64,000 nt of DNA from Cyanobacteria bacterium P01_D01_bin.156 (GCA_039024555.1 JBCCQQ010000003.1:128001-192000); one strand, 5' to 3'; shown: positions 7,794 through 18,608, counted from the first letter of the stretch. Notes: generated by a model from the letters alone, not told the origin. Numbers and translations are program-made.

Positions 7794-10139
7794 ATGAGTG
7801 CATTGCCCGGTGGTTCCCTGACCCTTAAACCCGAATATTGTGACAGATTTAGAAAGGAGGCAAAAAGAGAATTTGGCAACGGACGTTATCTTACAGGACT
7901 GCAGGAAGCAGTTAATCAAACGTTAGAACCTCAGGATCAAATAAGTATCTATACAATCACTCGTGCTCTTAATGGCACAGGTATACGTGGATACAATATG
8001 CAGCCAATATGCCAACATTTTGGCGTCAGTTGGCAGGAAGGGTGCATAGAAGGTCATGTAAATTTGAATGGTCATAATGGTTTTAAGGTAGCGACGAAAG
8101 AATTAGAGGGCCTTGTTAATCAAATCCTCGGCAAAGTTCAGTTTGAGTTTTCCTCCAGAACACTGGCGGGCGGTGCACAGACTTCGAGCAGCTGGGTCCA
8201 GGATAACTTTGTTGAGTTAGATTTTTATGAAGTAGACCATCTACCCGCTGACTATCCAGTTTTAGATCCTACAAGGTTGAAGTATCAGGAAAACAATGAC
8301 GATGACGATGAGTTTGTTCGGCAACGAATAAGGTTTCCACGGGCAAAAAGGATTACACTCAGACAGTTGCTTCAGAAACACCGAAGTGTTTTTATCTATG
8401 GAGACCCGGGTTCAGGGAAAACTAGCTGCTTAGAATGGATAGCGCTCAAGTGTCAAGCTAGAGAGTTATTTGAGGGATGCGTTCCCATTTTTCTCGGTTC
8501 TCGTCGGTTTGCTACCGCAAACAAGAGTGAAACTCTGCTTTCTTTGTTTGAAAAAATGTTCATTCAGTGGGGTTTTTTACCAACAGATCTGAATACCCTC
8601 CTTGAAGCAGGGCGGGTGGTGTTTATTTTTGATGGCCTAGATGAGACGCCCGTTGCTGAACGAGAACGGATGGAAATTATGATCAACGAATTGATTCGCG
8701 ATCATCCTAAATGTCACTTTTTTTGTAGCTCTCGCCTAGGATTAGAATACTCTTTCTCAAGCAATTTCCCAAAAGTTTTTGTTGCTCCTTTCAAGAGAAG
8801 CCAAATTGAAGACTTTGTCACATGTTGGTTCTCGCAGCTTAGTAAAGATCCTGGGTTAGGAACTTTAATGATTCAAAAGCTCAAATCTACTACATACAGT
8901 GGGATTAAGGAGCTTTCGACTCGTCCTGTTTTATTAGAGCTGCTATGTTTTGTTTTTGAAGGCATACAGGACTTTCCTCCAAAGCGATTTGAGATTTTCA
9001 GGAATGGCATCCAGCGGATGACCCGTAAGAATATTCAGATAGAGACGGATATTCCTGAACTCTCTGTGCTTCGAGAACAACATATTTATACTATTCTTTG
9101 TTTGGTTGCCAGCTATTTTTTTATTAATCTAAAGGGGCAAATCATCTTTCCCACACTAGCTGTTGAGGGGATTATTAGGAAATACTTCAAAGAGAAGTTG
9201 AACATTGATGGAATTAGTGTTCCTGATCGGAAAATTCTTCAGGCAATTGAGCAGTCCAACGGTCTTTTAACACGCTGGGCGCATGATTTTTGCTCTTTTT
9301 CTCACTTAACCTATCAGGAGTTCTTCACAGCAGAGTATCTTGTTAAAACTAGTCGATATGATGAAGTTTACGAGCATATCAACAATCCTCGCTGGCACTA
9401 TGTCATTGGCCTAGTTGCCGAATGTATTCCCTATGAAAAGACTTTGCCGTTTTTTACTGGTTTCAAAGAGCGTATTGATCAAGAGATTAGTGAGGATAGA
9501 GATATAAGACTCTTTTTGAGAGTATTAGAAGGCGTTACTCAGGCTACTGCTGCTGGGATAAAAAGCAATCGCCCTAACATGACAACTTATATTCGGGCTT
9601 GGTACTTTGTTTATGCACTTCAAGATCCTGGGCAAGTGACCAATGTCGGTTCCGTTAAACGCTATTTTGAGCTACCTGATTTTGATTTTGCAACTAGTAC
9701 TGTCAGTAATAAAAGGCTAGAGTGTCATGGCTTAGTTTATAAGGTCTATCACCGTATGAATAAGGGAACAATGGGGCCAGAGTCATTTTTGAATTCCTTG
9801 GAACAGTTGGTTCGATTATTGACCGGGGATATCAAAAATACTGAAGTTGTTGAAGGTTGGTTGCACCTTATCGGGCGAGAACAGTTAAAGTACCAAGACG
9901 CTGATGCATGGTGGAGCACTAACTATGAGAATTGGCAAAAGCGTATTGTGACGTTTGTAGAAACTTTGAAAATGCCGAGTACGATGCGGCTAACGCTATC
10001 TCATAGGAAAAAACTGCGAGCCTACTATGAGGCTACTAAGCTACTCTCAATATGCATGAATCGTTCGTCACTCAACGATCTACAGCGTCAGGCAATGTCT
10101 GATTCAATGTTGACTATTATTACTAGAGATACAGAATAG
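7794..10139 (+). CDS. NACHT (STAND) NTPase with N-terminal HTH-like region and C-terminal helical domain
   Basis: Walker A GDPGSGKT, Walker B VFIFDGLDE, FSHLTYQEFFTA motif; N-terminal ISIYTITRALNG...ICQHFGVSWQE; C-terminal WW...YYEATKLLSICMN. Confidence 0.9.
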   Translation: MSALPGGSLTLKPEYCDRFRKEAKREFGNGRYLTGLQEAVNQTLEPQDQISIYTITRALNGTGIRGYNMQPICQHFGVSWQEGCIEGHVNLNGHNGFKVATKELEGLVNQILGKVQFEFSSRTLAGGAQTSSSWVQDNFVELDFYEVDHLPADYPVLDPTRLKYQENNDDDDEFVRQRIRFPRAKRITLRQLLQKHRSVFIYGDPGSGKTSCLEWIALKCQARELFEGCVPIFLGSRRFATANKSETLLSLFEKMFIQWGFLPTDLNTLLEAGRVVFIFDGLDETPVAERERMEIMINELIRDHPKCHFFCSSRLGLEYSFSSNFPKVFVAPFKRSQIEDFVTCWFSQLSKDPGLGTLMIQKLKSTTYSGIKELSTRPVLLELLCFVFEGIQDFPPKRFEIFRNGIQRMTRKNIQIETDIPELSVLREQHIYTILCLVASYFFINLKGQIIFPTLAVEGIIRKYFKEKLNIDGISVPDRKILQAIEQSNGLLTRWAHDFCSFSHLTYQEFFTAEYLVKTSRYDEVYEHINNPRWHYVIGLVAECIPYEKTLPFFTGFKERIDQEISEDRDIRLFLRVLEGVTQATAAGIKSNRPNMTTYIRAWYFVYALQDPGQVTNVGSVKRYFELPDFDFATSTVSNKRLECHGLVYKVYHRMNKGTMGPESFLNSLEQLVRLLTGDIKNTEVVEGWLHLIGREQLKYQDADAWWSTNYENWQKRIVTFVETLKMPSTMRLTLSHRKKLRAYYEATKLLSICMNRSSLNDLQRQAMSDSMLTIITRDTE

Positions 10140-10170
10140 ACAATACTTTCAAAGTTTTCAGCATATATAG

Positions 10171-10221
10171 ATCAATCAATACCTTCTGAATAGTCAAACT
10201 ATTCAGAAGGTATTGATTGAT
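10171..10221. terminator. Perfect 24-bp inverted repeat after the NACHT gene
   Basis: ATCAATCAATACCTTCTGAATAGT-CAA-ACTATTCAGAAGGTATTGATTGAT. Confidence 0.65.
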
Positions 10222-10316
10222 AAAAGAGGCAAGTAAATCAAAAAAAGCAACGTTTCTTATCCAGGGTTGGCTATCCGCGATAGAGTCTAGAGACTATTTT
10301 TTGTCCCACAATATCT

Positions 10317-11390
10317 ATGACCATCCCTGCCCATAATTCACCCTCGGTAGATCCGGAGGCCCTACTGTTACAATTACGTCGTAAGGAGGGCAACTGGGTT
10401 GATTGGGCAACTGCCTGCCAAACATTACAAAAGTCGGGCATGTCTCCTCAGGCAATCTTTGAAGGTACTGGTTTTGAAGCGATCCAGCAGAACCAGATTA
10501 TTGTGGCGGGTCAGGTATATCAATCTATCACGGGTGGAGTTGTCTCGGACGCCGCCCTGCAGCACTTTACCAGTCGTGGTAGTGATTCTCTATATGAGCT
10601 GCGAATCTTGTCGAAGGATAATCGCGCCCGAGCAGTGCAGTTTATCTACGATCAGGGACTAGATTCTGAGCAAGTACGAGATATTGCCAAAGCACTCAAG
10701 GAATATTCATACCGTAATGAACTACCCACAGGATTTACGGATCACCCAGGAGATGCCGTAGCCTTTTCGTATTGGAATTTGGCACGGCAAAAATCTGATT
10801 TACAAACGAGATCACGTCTGATTGCGCAGGGTCTACGCTTTGCTCATAGTGCCAGCGCCCGGGGAACCATTGAAAAGTTGCTGACGGACTTTACCGTTGT
10901 TAAGACTAAGCCCACACCACGGCTGCCGCTATTTCGTATAGAAACGGATACCGATGTGCCCTGTATGGTCCCTATGGTGGGTGAATGGCCTCTGACTGTT
11001 GAACAAATCCAAGCAGTGCCGACCATGAAACCGGAAGGGGCTTTTGGTGTGGTGCAATCTAAGGGTGACCAAGCTTGGGTACCTCTGCCAGGGTGGCAGG
11101 TGGTGCTCACGGCCAAAGATGCGATCGCATTTTTAGTCCCGTTTAACATCCTGCCTACTCAAACTGAAAGCACATCCACAGAGGCTGTTTTAGTGATCGT
11201 AGACCGCCAGCAGCGAACCTGGGACGACAGCAGCTACTTTCTCGTGGCTGACGATAGCGGACAGCTCGCTATGCAGTGGTTTGATAATGAGCCTAGTGCT
11301 GATTTACGAGGTCGAGTCATTGTAATTGTAAGACCCAAAAAGGTTTTGGACGAAAGCTACACCCAAGAGCTCTGGCAAATTGACGAATAA
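10317..11390 (+). CDS. raf1: RuBisCO accumulation factor 1
   Basis: LRRKEGNWVDW N-terminus, LYELRIL, C-terminal RPKKVLDE...WQIDE. Confidence 0.92.
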   Translation: MTIPAHNSPSVDPEALLLQLRRKEGNWVDWATACQTLQKSGMSPQAIFEGTGFEAIQQNQIIVAGQVYQSITGGVVSDAALQHFTSRGSDSLYELRILSKDNRARAVQFIYDQGLDSEQVRDIAKALKEYSYRNELPTGFTDHPGDAVAFSYWNLARQKSDLQTRSRLIAQGLRFAHSASARGTIEKLLTDFTVVKTKPTPRLPLFRIETDTDVPCMVPMVGEWPLTVEQIQAVPTMKPEGAFGVVQSKGDQAWVPLPGWQVVLTAKDAIAFLVPFNILPTQTESTSTEAVLVIVDRQQRTWDDSSYFLVADDSGQLAMQWFDNEPSADLRGRVIVIVRPKKVLDESYTQELWQIDE

Positions 11391-11558
11391 GTCAGCAAGG
11401 TATTCAAATGGGCTTAAATGCCTGAAGGATTGCCCTATCGAATCCTGGAAAACCAGATTCAAATCCTCCAGGATTGGAGATCAGCGACTCAATTCAAATT
11501 GTCGATTTTTTATCTCATCAAAGATTAGATTGAATCTGCCTAAATTGGAGAAAAAACC

Positions 11559-11801
11559 ATGGCCCTAGAACGCCGTCTATCCCGTGCCATGTTTGAAGCG
11601 ACTGAACTTGTGGAGCTCAGACAAATATGTTTTACTCCAGGCCGTGTCTTTGAACCCGGCAAGTACATCACCGGAGACTTGCCCGATGTAGCTTTTACCA
11701 TGGGTCTGGTGGAAAAGCTGCCCCCGGTACGGGGCAAGAGCGAAGAGATTAGTTATCCTGACGACAAAGCTAATGCGGGTGATGATGCTCACCAAGCATA
11801 A
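11559..11801 (+). CDS. Hypothetical protein (80 aa)
   Basis: GGAG RBS before ATG; fills the gap ahead of recR. Confidence 0.7.
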   Translation: MALERRLSRAMFEATELVELRQICFTPGRVFEPGKYITGDLPDVAFTMGLVEKLPPVRGKSEEISYPDDKANAGDDAHQA

Positions 11802-11863
11802 ACATAATTTCACCAGTGCTGAGAGGATACGTAGGGTTCACCCGCACAGAAGGAGTTAGATCG

Positions 11864-12457
11864 ATCTATACCCGTCCGTTAGCCAAACTAATCGAAGAAT
11901 TTCAACGTTTACCTGGCGTAGGGCCTAAAACAGCCCAGCGTTTAGCGTTGCACATCCTCAATCGCCCAGAAACAGAGGTACGTGCCCTGGCCCAGGCACT
12001 AGTCGATGCCAAACAGCAGGTGGGACAATGCTCTATCTGTTTTCACCTATCTGCTGACCCCGTGTGCGATATTTGTCGCTCTACCCGACGGGACAACCAA
12101 ACGCTCTGTGTCGTTGCAGATTCCCGTGATGTGATTGCTATCGAACGCACTCGTGAATTTAAAGGCAAATACCATGTCTTGGGGGGATTGATTTCGCCCA
12201 TGGATGGGATTGGTCCAGAGCAACTCAATATTGGTCAGCTAGTGCATCGCGTCAATAAAGATGACATCGCTGAAGTCATTCTTGCCATCAGCCCCAGCAT
12301 AGAGGGCGACACGACCACCCTCTATGTGGGGCAACTGCTAAAACCCTTTACCAAAGTTACTCGTATCGCCTTTGGGTTACCTATGGGGGGAGATCTAGAA
12401 TATGCCGATGAAGTCACCCTAGCCAGAGCACTGGAAGGACGACAAGCACTAAGCTGA
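11864..12457 (+). CDS. recR: Recombination protein RecR (probable ATC start; the ORF track uses GTG 11816)
   Basis: [13 protein letters not shown]hH, C4 zinc finger, [11 protein letters not shown]oprim, LEYADEVTL. Confidence 0.95.
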   Translation: MYTRPLAKLIEEFQRLPGVGPKTAQRLALHILNRPETEVRALAQALVDAKQQVGQCSICFHLSADPVCDICRSTRRDNQTLCVVADSRDVIAIERTREFKGKYHVLGGLISPMDGIGPEQLNIGQLVHRVNKDDIAEVILAISPSIEGDTTTLYVGQLLKPFTKVTRIAFGLPMGGDLEYADEVTLARALEGRQALS

Positions 12458-12460
12458 AAC

Positions 12461-12492
12461 AATTCTGAATTCGGAGGTCCGAATTCAGAATT
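12461..12492. terminator. 15-bp inverted repeat between convergent genes
   Basis: AATTCTGAATTCGGA-GG-TCCGAATTCAGAATT. Confidence 0.65.
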
Positions 12493-12502
12493 TCGACTTC
12501 TA

Positions 12503-13060
12503 TTACTTCAGCTTTTGCTTGATAAAGGCCAAAATCTTCGCCGTCTGATTTTTGAGCATGGCAACTTCTTTCTGCAGTGCTGCTACCTGTTGCTTCAAAG
12601 CGGCAATTTCTGCTGCACTTTCTTCACTGGCCGCACTTTGAGCGGCAGCCGCTGGAGCTGCACTAGTTTTAGGCCGGACCTTCCGAGCTTTCACCATGGA
12701 AGCCTTAATGGCCTCGATCAATTCTTTTTGCTCAAATGGCTTTTGAATAAACTCAAAATAGTCGAAGGGGCCGGGAATTTTTTCGGTAACTTCCTCTCGC
12801 CGGCCAGACATGAGAACGAGGGGAATTTTCTGTAATTCTGGGGAAGCTTGAATTTCCTGAAAGACCTCCCATCCGCTCATCCGAGGCAGCAAGAAATCCA
12901 ACATGATGAGATTAGGCTTTTGGTTGCGAATAGCATCTAATCCTTCAACGCCGTCGGTGGCTTCTATCACCTCAAAATTACCCTGGGGTAACATATCCCG
13001 TACGCGCATGCGGATGACCCGGCTATCGTCGATAACTAAAATCTTATGACTTGCTGCCAC
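12503..13060 (-). CDS. Response regulator receiver with C-terminal coiled coil
   Basis: ILVIDDS, MLDFLLP, KPF receiver motifs. Confidence 0.9.
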   Translation of the reverse strand: MAASHKILVIDDSRVIRMRVRDMLPQGNFEVIEATDGVEGLDAIRNQKPNLIMLDFLLPRMSGWEVFQEIQASPELQKIPLVLMSGRREEVTEKIPGPFDYFEFIQKPFEQKELIEAIKASMVKARKVRPKTSAAPAAAAQSAASEESAAEIAALKQQVAALQKEVAMLKNQTAKILAFIKQKLK

Positions 13061-13368
13061 GGCTAACTCCTACTAGATAGTTACAGTTTGTATAAGGTGA
13101 GCAATGCTGATGCTGTTTGCCATTCCATAAAGCAACAGTTGTTAATCCACTTAGGTCAGCACCCTGTCAATCAATTCTGCCCAGGTTGGTAATGGTGATA
13201 AGTCTATCCCTGATTAGTTTTTAGAATCATAAAGGATAAAAAAGCGTTAAAACACTCTAATACGGCTCCCATCTTATTAAGGTCATGTATTTGCGTACAG
13301 GATACCCGGTCCACAGCGATTTGCTGAATCACCGCAACGCTATATTTTAGAAAAGCTGATTTAAACCC

Positions 13369-14283
13369 ATGGAAAGTTTATCTAACATACCTTCCAGCAA
13401 CGCTGCTAGACCTGAAATTGTGCAGCAGCTACCCGCTTGGTTACGACGTCCCATAGGTCGCGCCAGTGAGCTTTCAACTGTACAAAAAATTATTAAACAG
13501 CGACAGATTCATACGATTTGTGAGGAGGGGCGCTGCCCCAATCGCAGTGAGTGCTACGCCCAGAAAACCGCATCCTTTCTCTTAATGGGACCTACCTGCA
13601 CTCGTGCCTGCTCCTTTTGCCAAGTGGATAAGGGCCATGCCCCGATGCCGTTAGACCCAGACGAGCCTCAAAAAGTAGCAGAGTCGGTGCAACTGCTGGG
13701 ATTAAGGTACGTGGTTCTCACCTCGGTAGCCAGGGATGATTTACCTGATCAAGGAGCGGGTTGGTTTGTAGCCACCATGAACGCCATTCGTGCGGCTATG
13801 CCAGAAACTCAGATCGAACTGCTCACACCGGATTTCTGGGGCGGCGCAGCACCAGAGCAGTTCCAACAGCAGCGGATAGCAACTATCGTTGCCGCTAAGC
13901 CCGCTTGCTTTAATCACAATGTGGAAACGGTAGAACGCTTACAAGGCCCCGTCCGTCGTGGGGCAAAGTATTGGCGCTCTTTGGACGTGTTGCGCTACGT
14001 CAAGGAGTTGGATAGCTCAATTCCAACGAAATCGGGGCTAATGCTGGGTCATGGTGAAACGGAAGAAGAATTGATAACAACGATGCAAGATCTACGATCA
14101 GTGGGTTGCGATCGCATCACCCTAGGCCAATACATGCGACCCTCTTTAGAGCATTTACCCGTACAGCGCTACTGGACACCCGACGAATTTGAGCGATTCG
14201 GGGAAATCGCCCGTGATTTAGGGTTTTCTCAAGTCAGGTCAGGGCCTCTAGTACGCAGTTCATACCACGCAGGAGAGGAGTGA
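13369..14283 (+). CDS. lipA: Lipoyl synthase
   Basis: [27 protein letters not shown]. Confidence 0.96.
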   Translation: MESLSNIPSSNAARPEIVQQLPAWLRRPIGRASELSTVQKIIKQRQIHTICEEGRCPNRSECYAQKTASFLLMGPTCTRACSFCQVDKGHAPMPLDPDEPQKVAESVQLLGLRYVVLTSVARDDLPDQGAGWFVATMNAIRAAMPETQIELLTPDFWGGAAPEQFQQQRIATIVAAKPACFNHNVETVERLQGPVRRGAKYWRSLDVLRYVKELDSSIPTKSGLMLGHGETEEELITTMQDLRSVGCDRITLGQYMRPSLEHLPVQRYWTPDEFERFGEIARDLGFSQVRSGPLVRSSYHAGEE

Positions 14284-14338
14284 AGGTAGAAGGTCCGAAG
14301 TCTGCATCCTTTGCGTTGACCACTAACACCCCTCGCCC

Positions 14339-14854
14339 CTAACCATCCATATCTATCACCCGGTTTGCTAAATCCCGCCATTCCTGCACTGCATAGGGCG
14401 GTACGATGATTTCGCTCGGAGCTTTACCCTGGAGTGGCACGGAGAGTGTTAGAGGAATAGCCTTCTGCAGAGCCGCGATGACCGTAGCCACATCGTACTG
14501 ATTGGTGTTGCTCGGTAGGACTGGTGTTGGTGGGTCTAGTTTGGGGCTAGCCTGCCAATTTAGGGCTGTGCCTGTTTTAACGGTCAAAGGCTTTTGCGGA
14601 TCGATTTCCACCACACCTGGAAACCCGACAATCCGCAGATACATGCCTTCTAAACCATCGGGCCGATAGCGCTTAAACAGAATTGTCTGCCAGGAACGGT
14701 CGTTGCGATCGCGTAAGCTTTGCTGCGATCGCACAGTGGTTTGTCCAGGCCGCTCATGATAAACATGGACCGACGCTAGGGCTGGCTGACTCCAAGCGAG
14801 ACTAACCATCAATATCAAGAGACAAAGCAAAGCGCTCACTTGCCGATGAATCAT
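14339..14854 (-). CDS. Exported conserved cyanobacterial protein (DUF3122-like)
   Basis: Signal peptide; RSQQSLRD...WQ.ILFKR...LRIVGFPG. Confidence 0.7.
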   Translation of the reverse strand: MIHRQVSALLCLLILMVSLAWSQPALASVHVYHERPGQTTVRSQQSLRDRNDRSWQTILFKRYRPDGLEGMYLRIVGFPGVVEIDPQKPLTVKTGTALNWQASPKLDPPTPVLPSNTNQYDVATVIAALQKAIPLTLSVPLQGKAPSEIIVPPYAVQEWRDLANRVIDMDG

Positions 14855-14968
14855 AGGAATATTCGTCTTTGCAATGTCTTACTTTATAGCGATCTCCTGC
14901 CGTGCACCAACCTGCACAATTTGCCATTGCAAGGTAAGAGACAACTATTGTTCAACTGTTATTTTGCT

Positions 14969-16588
14969 TTAGAGTTGGCTCAACGCATCTAAAACAATGC
15001 GATAGCGTTCGGCTTCATTATTCGCTAAGTACAGACTGCCTGCTTTCTCTAAATCTGCTTGGGCACTCACTGTATTCCCCAGCTGAGCACTGGTAATACC
15101 CCGATAATAAAATGCATCAGGAGTAAATACATCGGTCGTTAATACCTGAGAAAAGTCAGCATAAGCCGCCTGATATTCACCTGCTTCATAGTAAGTCCGG
15201 CCACGCTCACTGTAAGCATCCCAATAGGTTGGGTCTAACTCAATAGCTGTTGTGTAATCACCGATAGCACTCACACTATCCCCCAAACTCGCAAAGGTAT
15301 CGCCACGTCCCTTATAAGAGGGTGCATGATCTGGCCGTAGGGTAAGAGCAGTTGAAAAATCATTCAGGGCCGTCTGCTCGTCCCCAATCAGCAAGTGGAC
15401 ACTGCCCCGACGATAGTAAGCTTCAGCAGATTCTGGAGACAGCTGGAGCAGACGGTTAAAATCGCTAATGGCAGCAGTCGAATTTCCGGATGCTGCATAG
15501 ATCTGGCCACGAATTAGATAAGCATCGGCATAACTAGGGTCTAGGGTCAGCACTTGATTGAGATCCGCTAATGCTGCCCGAGGACGGTTTGCTGCCGCCA
15601 GAGCAAAACTGCGATTGTAGTAAGCTTCGACGTTACTTTCATCTAGACGAATAGCAGTATTAAAGTCTTTGAGCGCGGCTTCTAAAGCTTCAAGCTCATA
15701 GTGAGAGACTCCACGGTTGACATAGGCCGCCACATAATCGTCATTAAGATCGATAGCCTGAGAAAAATCAACAATAGCCGCCTCAAAATTATCTAAGGCC
15801 TTGAAAATTAACCCGCGATGAAAATAAGCAAAGGCATTGTCAGGCGCTAGACGCACAGCTTCGTTTAAATCTTCAAGGGCAATCTCTTGATTATTACGTT
15901 CAGAATCTAGCAGGCCACGATAGATATAGGCAGTGGCCAAACTAGGATCAACGGCAATGGCACGATCAAAGTCAACATAGGCTCGATCAGTATTCTGCAG
16001 CTCATAGTAGAGAATGCCACGATTTAGATAGGCAGCACCGTAGTTGAAATCAATCGCAATTGCCTGGTTATAGCTATTTAAAGCAGCTGTTGTATCCTCT
16101 AGGCGGGCAAAAGCAGCACCACGAAAGAGATAGGCCGGTGCATAGTTGGGGTTGATGCTGATAGCCGCATTGAATTCTGTAATTGCCGCTTGATTATCAC
16201 CCGCTTGATACAAGTCAACACCGGCCCGAAAACGCTCAATATAGTTGGGGGTCTCAACAACTTCTTCGTCAGCAGTGACCGATTCCTCTAGAGCATCATC
16301 AGTAGTATCTGTAGCCGCATCCTCATCGTCTAGGAGAATGCCTTCTTCTTCTAACAGATCCTCTGGAAAAACAGGTTCTGGTTCTATAAATGTTGGTTGA
16401 GCTGCAGGTGCATCCTCTGCAGGAACAGCTTCCAATTCACCCGACCCATCTAAAAAAATCGCCTCTGTTTCAAAATCCTCAGGTGCAGTGGTACTGACCA
16501 CATCCGCCATACTAGCAGGGGCATTGCTACCCAGGAATGCCATAGTGCCCAGTAGTATCAAAGCAAAACGATTGGTGTTCATTCGCAT
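14969..16588 (-). CDS. Exported TPR repeat protein with acidic N-terminal region
   Basis: Signal peptide, D/E-rich linker, about 12 TPRs (AYxNRG). Confidence 0.9.
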   Translation of the reverse strand: MRMNTNRFALILLGTMAFLGSNAPASMADVVSTTAPEDFETEAIFLDGSGELEAVPAEDAPAAQPTFIEPEPVFPEDLLEEEGILLDDEDAATDTTDDALEESVTADEEVVETPNYIERFRAGVDLYQAGDNQAAITEFNAAISINPNYAPAYLFRGAAFARLEDTTAALNSYNQAIAIDFNYGAAYLNRGILYYELQNTDRAYVDFDRAIAVDPSLATAYIYRGLLDSERNNQEIALEDLNEAVRLAPDNAFAYFHRGLIFKALDNFEAAIVDFSQAIDLNDDYVAAYVNRGVSHYELEALEAALKDFNTAIRLDESNVEAYYNRSFALAAANRPRAALADLNQVLTLDPSYADAYLIRGQIYAASGNSTAAISDFNRLLQLSPESAEAYYRRGSVHLLIGDEQTALNDFSTALTLRPDHAPSYKGRGDTFASLGDSVSAIGDYTTAIELDPTYWDAYSERGRTYYEAGEYQAAYADFSQVLTTDVFTPDAFYYRGITSAQLGNTVSAQADLEKAGSLYLANNEAERYRIVLDALSQL

Positions 16589-16783
16589 TTTCCCCGTGTT
16601 TTGGCCCCGTATTTTGATGGGTTTCTTAAAAATCTACCCAGAGTTATCCCGAGAGTTGCCATTAAGTCAAATTCTCTTGTTTTAGAACTAGGCTCCCTCA
16701 GATTATTGTTCGCCAGTCAAAACCATAGAGTTATAGTCTTTGAAGAGGTATATGGCTTAAAACAAGGCAATTGTAAGGGGAAC

Positions 16784-18109
16784 ATGGCCAGTACAACAGA
16801 AATCAAGCAACATTGGCAGCTGAGTTTTGGCCGACTGGCGATCGCAAATATTATTTCCAACCTGATGGTACCGCTGGCTGGACTGATTGACACTGCATTT
16901 CTGGGTCACTTAGCCGACATTCATCATTTAGCTGGCGTAGCTCTGGCCACGGTATTGTTCAACTGTATCTATTGGAGTTGTGGTTTCTTGCGAATGGGCA
17001 CCACAGGTCTGATGGCCCAGGCAGCCGGACGGAACAACTCCACTGAACAATGGCAAGTGGGGCTGCGGGCACTGCTGGTGGCCTTTGTCCTAGGCATCGT
17101 CATTTTGATAGCGCAATATCCTTTGAGGGTAGCTGGGTTTGCCATTTTACAGGCCGATGCAGATGTACTCGATGCAGGAACTGCGTTCTATCAAGGGCGT
17201 ATCTTAGGAGCTCCAGCGGTGTTGATGAACTACGGGCTGCTGGGATGGTTTTTAGGTTTGGGCCGAGGCCGATGGGTCATGGCTTTGGCAGTCATTGGTA
17301 ATGGCACCAATATTCTGCTCGACTATTTGATGATTGTCCGATGGGGCTGGGAAAGCTATGGAGCCGGTTTAGCAACAGCCTTAAGCCAATACACCATGCT
17401 ATCGGTCGGTGCGGTACTGCTATGGCGCATGGTGCCCTGGAAACAGGTATGGCAGCAATGGCACAGCCTCTTTAATCGGGGAGCTCTAGCCACATTATTC
17501 CGCCTCAATCGCAATCTCATGATGCGCACCTGGGCGCTGTTGATTAGTTTTGGGTTGTTTACGACCCTCAGTGGCATCATGGGCACTGAGATTCTGTCAG
17601 TCAACACGCTACTACTACAGTCGTTGATGCTGGTGAGCTACTTTCTTGACGGCATTGCCTTTGCCACAGAGAGCTATGCAGGAAAATTTTATGGTCAAGG
17701 ACAAACGAGTCAACTACGAACTCTGGTGATATTGGGCAGTGGCTTTAGCATCAGTTTAGGACTAAGTATTGCGATCGCATTTATTGCCCTTCCAGACCAA
17801 CTATTTGGCCTGCTTACTGACCACCAAACAATTTTGAACCAGCTACACCACTACGTTTTCTGGTTACTCCCTCTCTTCGGGTTTGGAGCCATCTCCTTTA
17901 TGCTAGATGGCTACTTTCTTGGACTCAGTGCCGGTCATATCCTGCGCAATTCCACCATCTTCGCCACAGGATTAGGTTTTTTACCACTAGCACTGATGGC
18001 TTACCTATTCCAACAGCCAAATTTGCTCTGGCTGGCCATGACCTGTTTTATGTTTACCCGAGCTCTAACCCTGGCTTGTGCAGTCCCGGCTAGCCTGACA
18101 CAACAATAG
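16784..18109 (+). CDS. MATE (DinF-like) efflux transporter
   Basis: PLAGLIDTAFLGH, FLRMGTTG, about 12 TM segments; AAGGGG RBS before ATG 16784. Confidence 0.9.
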   Translation: MASTTEIKQHWQLSFGRLAIANIISNLMVPLAGLIDTAFLGHLADIHHLAGVALATVLFNCIYWSCGFLRMGTTGLMAQAAGRNNSTEQWQVGLRALLVAFVLGIVILIAQYPLRVAGFAILQADADVLDAGTAFYQGRILGAPAVLMNYGLLGWFLGLGRGRWVMALAVIGNGTNILLDYLMIVRWGWESYGAGLATALSQYTMLSVGAVLLWRMVPWKQVWQQWHSLFNRGALATLFRLNRNLMMRTWALLISFGLFTTLSGIMGTEILSVNTLLLQSLMLVSYFLDGIAFATESYAGKFYGQGQTSQLRTLVILGSGFSISLGLSIAIAFIALPDQLFGLLTDHQTILNQLHHYVFWLLPLFGFGAISFMLDGYFLGLSAGHILRNSTIFATGLGFLPLALMAYLFQQPNLLWLAMTCFMFTRALTLACAVPASLTQQ

Positions 18110-18152
18110 CCAGCCCAGGGCAAAACACATCGTGCTACACAGTTGGTATGCA

Positions 18153-18608
18153 CTAGGATGGAGCGCACCGAATTTCCAACAAAAATCCGTCCGGGTCATA
18201 AAAGTAAATACCTCTGCCCGTAGGACGGCTGACGGGACCATGGTCAATAGGCACCTGGTTTTGATGCAGAATTTCCACCGCTTGATCAAACAAAACTGGA
18301 GCAATATCAAAGGCCATATGGTTAGCTCGCGTAAATTGCTGTTTAGGGTCAGCATGGGGCGGACCTAAATCAGGTTCTCCAAACAGGTCCAAAATAGTGC
18401 CATCCGGTAGCCGAAAATTAGCCACTTTCCCTTGAGCCACCAGTTTCACCAATGTCTCTGGCACCTCATCTCCTGTGAGTTCATGCAACCCTAAAACCTC
18501 ACCGTAAAAGCGTCGTGAGCTCCCCATATCCTTCACATTGAGAGCAATGTGATGCACTCCCCGCAACATATTAGGGCCAAGGCATGTTCGTTCAGTAGAG
18601 ACTGTCAT
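18153..18608 (-). CDS. VOC/glyoxalase family protein
   Basis: VHHIALNV...FYGEVLG; YFYDPDGFLLEI. Confidence 0.9.
   Translation of the reverse strand: MTVSTERTCLGPNMLRGVHHIALNVKDMGSSRRFYGEVLGLHELTGDEVPETLVKLVAQGKVANFRLPDGTILDLFGEPDLGPPHADPKQQFTRANHMAFDIAPVLFDQAVEILHQNQVPIDHGPVSRPTGRGIYFYDPDGFLLEIRCAPS

Noticed and set aside
3969..10221. tRNA-anchored integrative island
   Set aside because: The accessory block lies on the 5' side of the tRNA; no integrase and no duplicated tRNA 3' end seen
16784..18109. MATE as part of a toxin biosynthesis cluster
   Set aside because: No biosynthetic genes nearby
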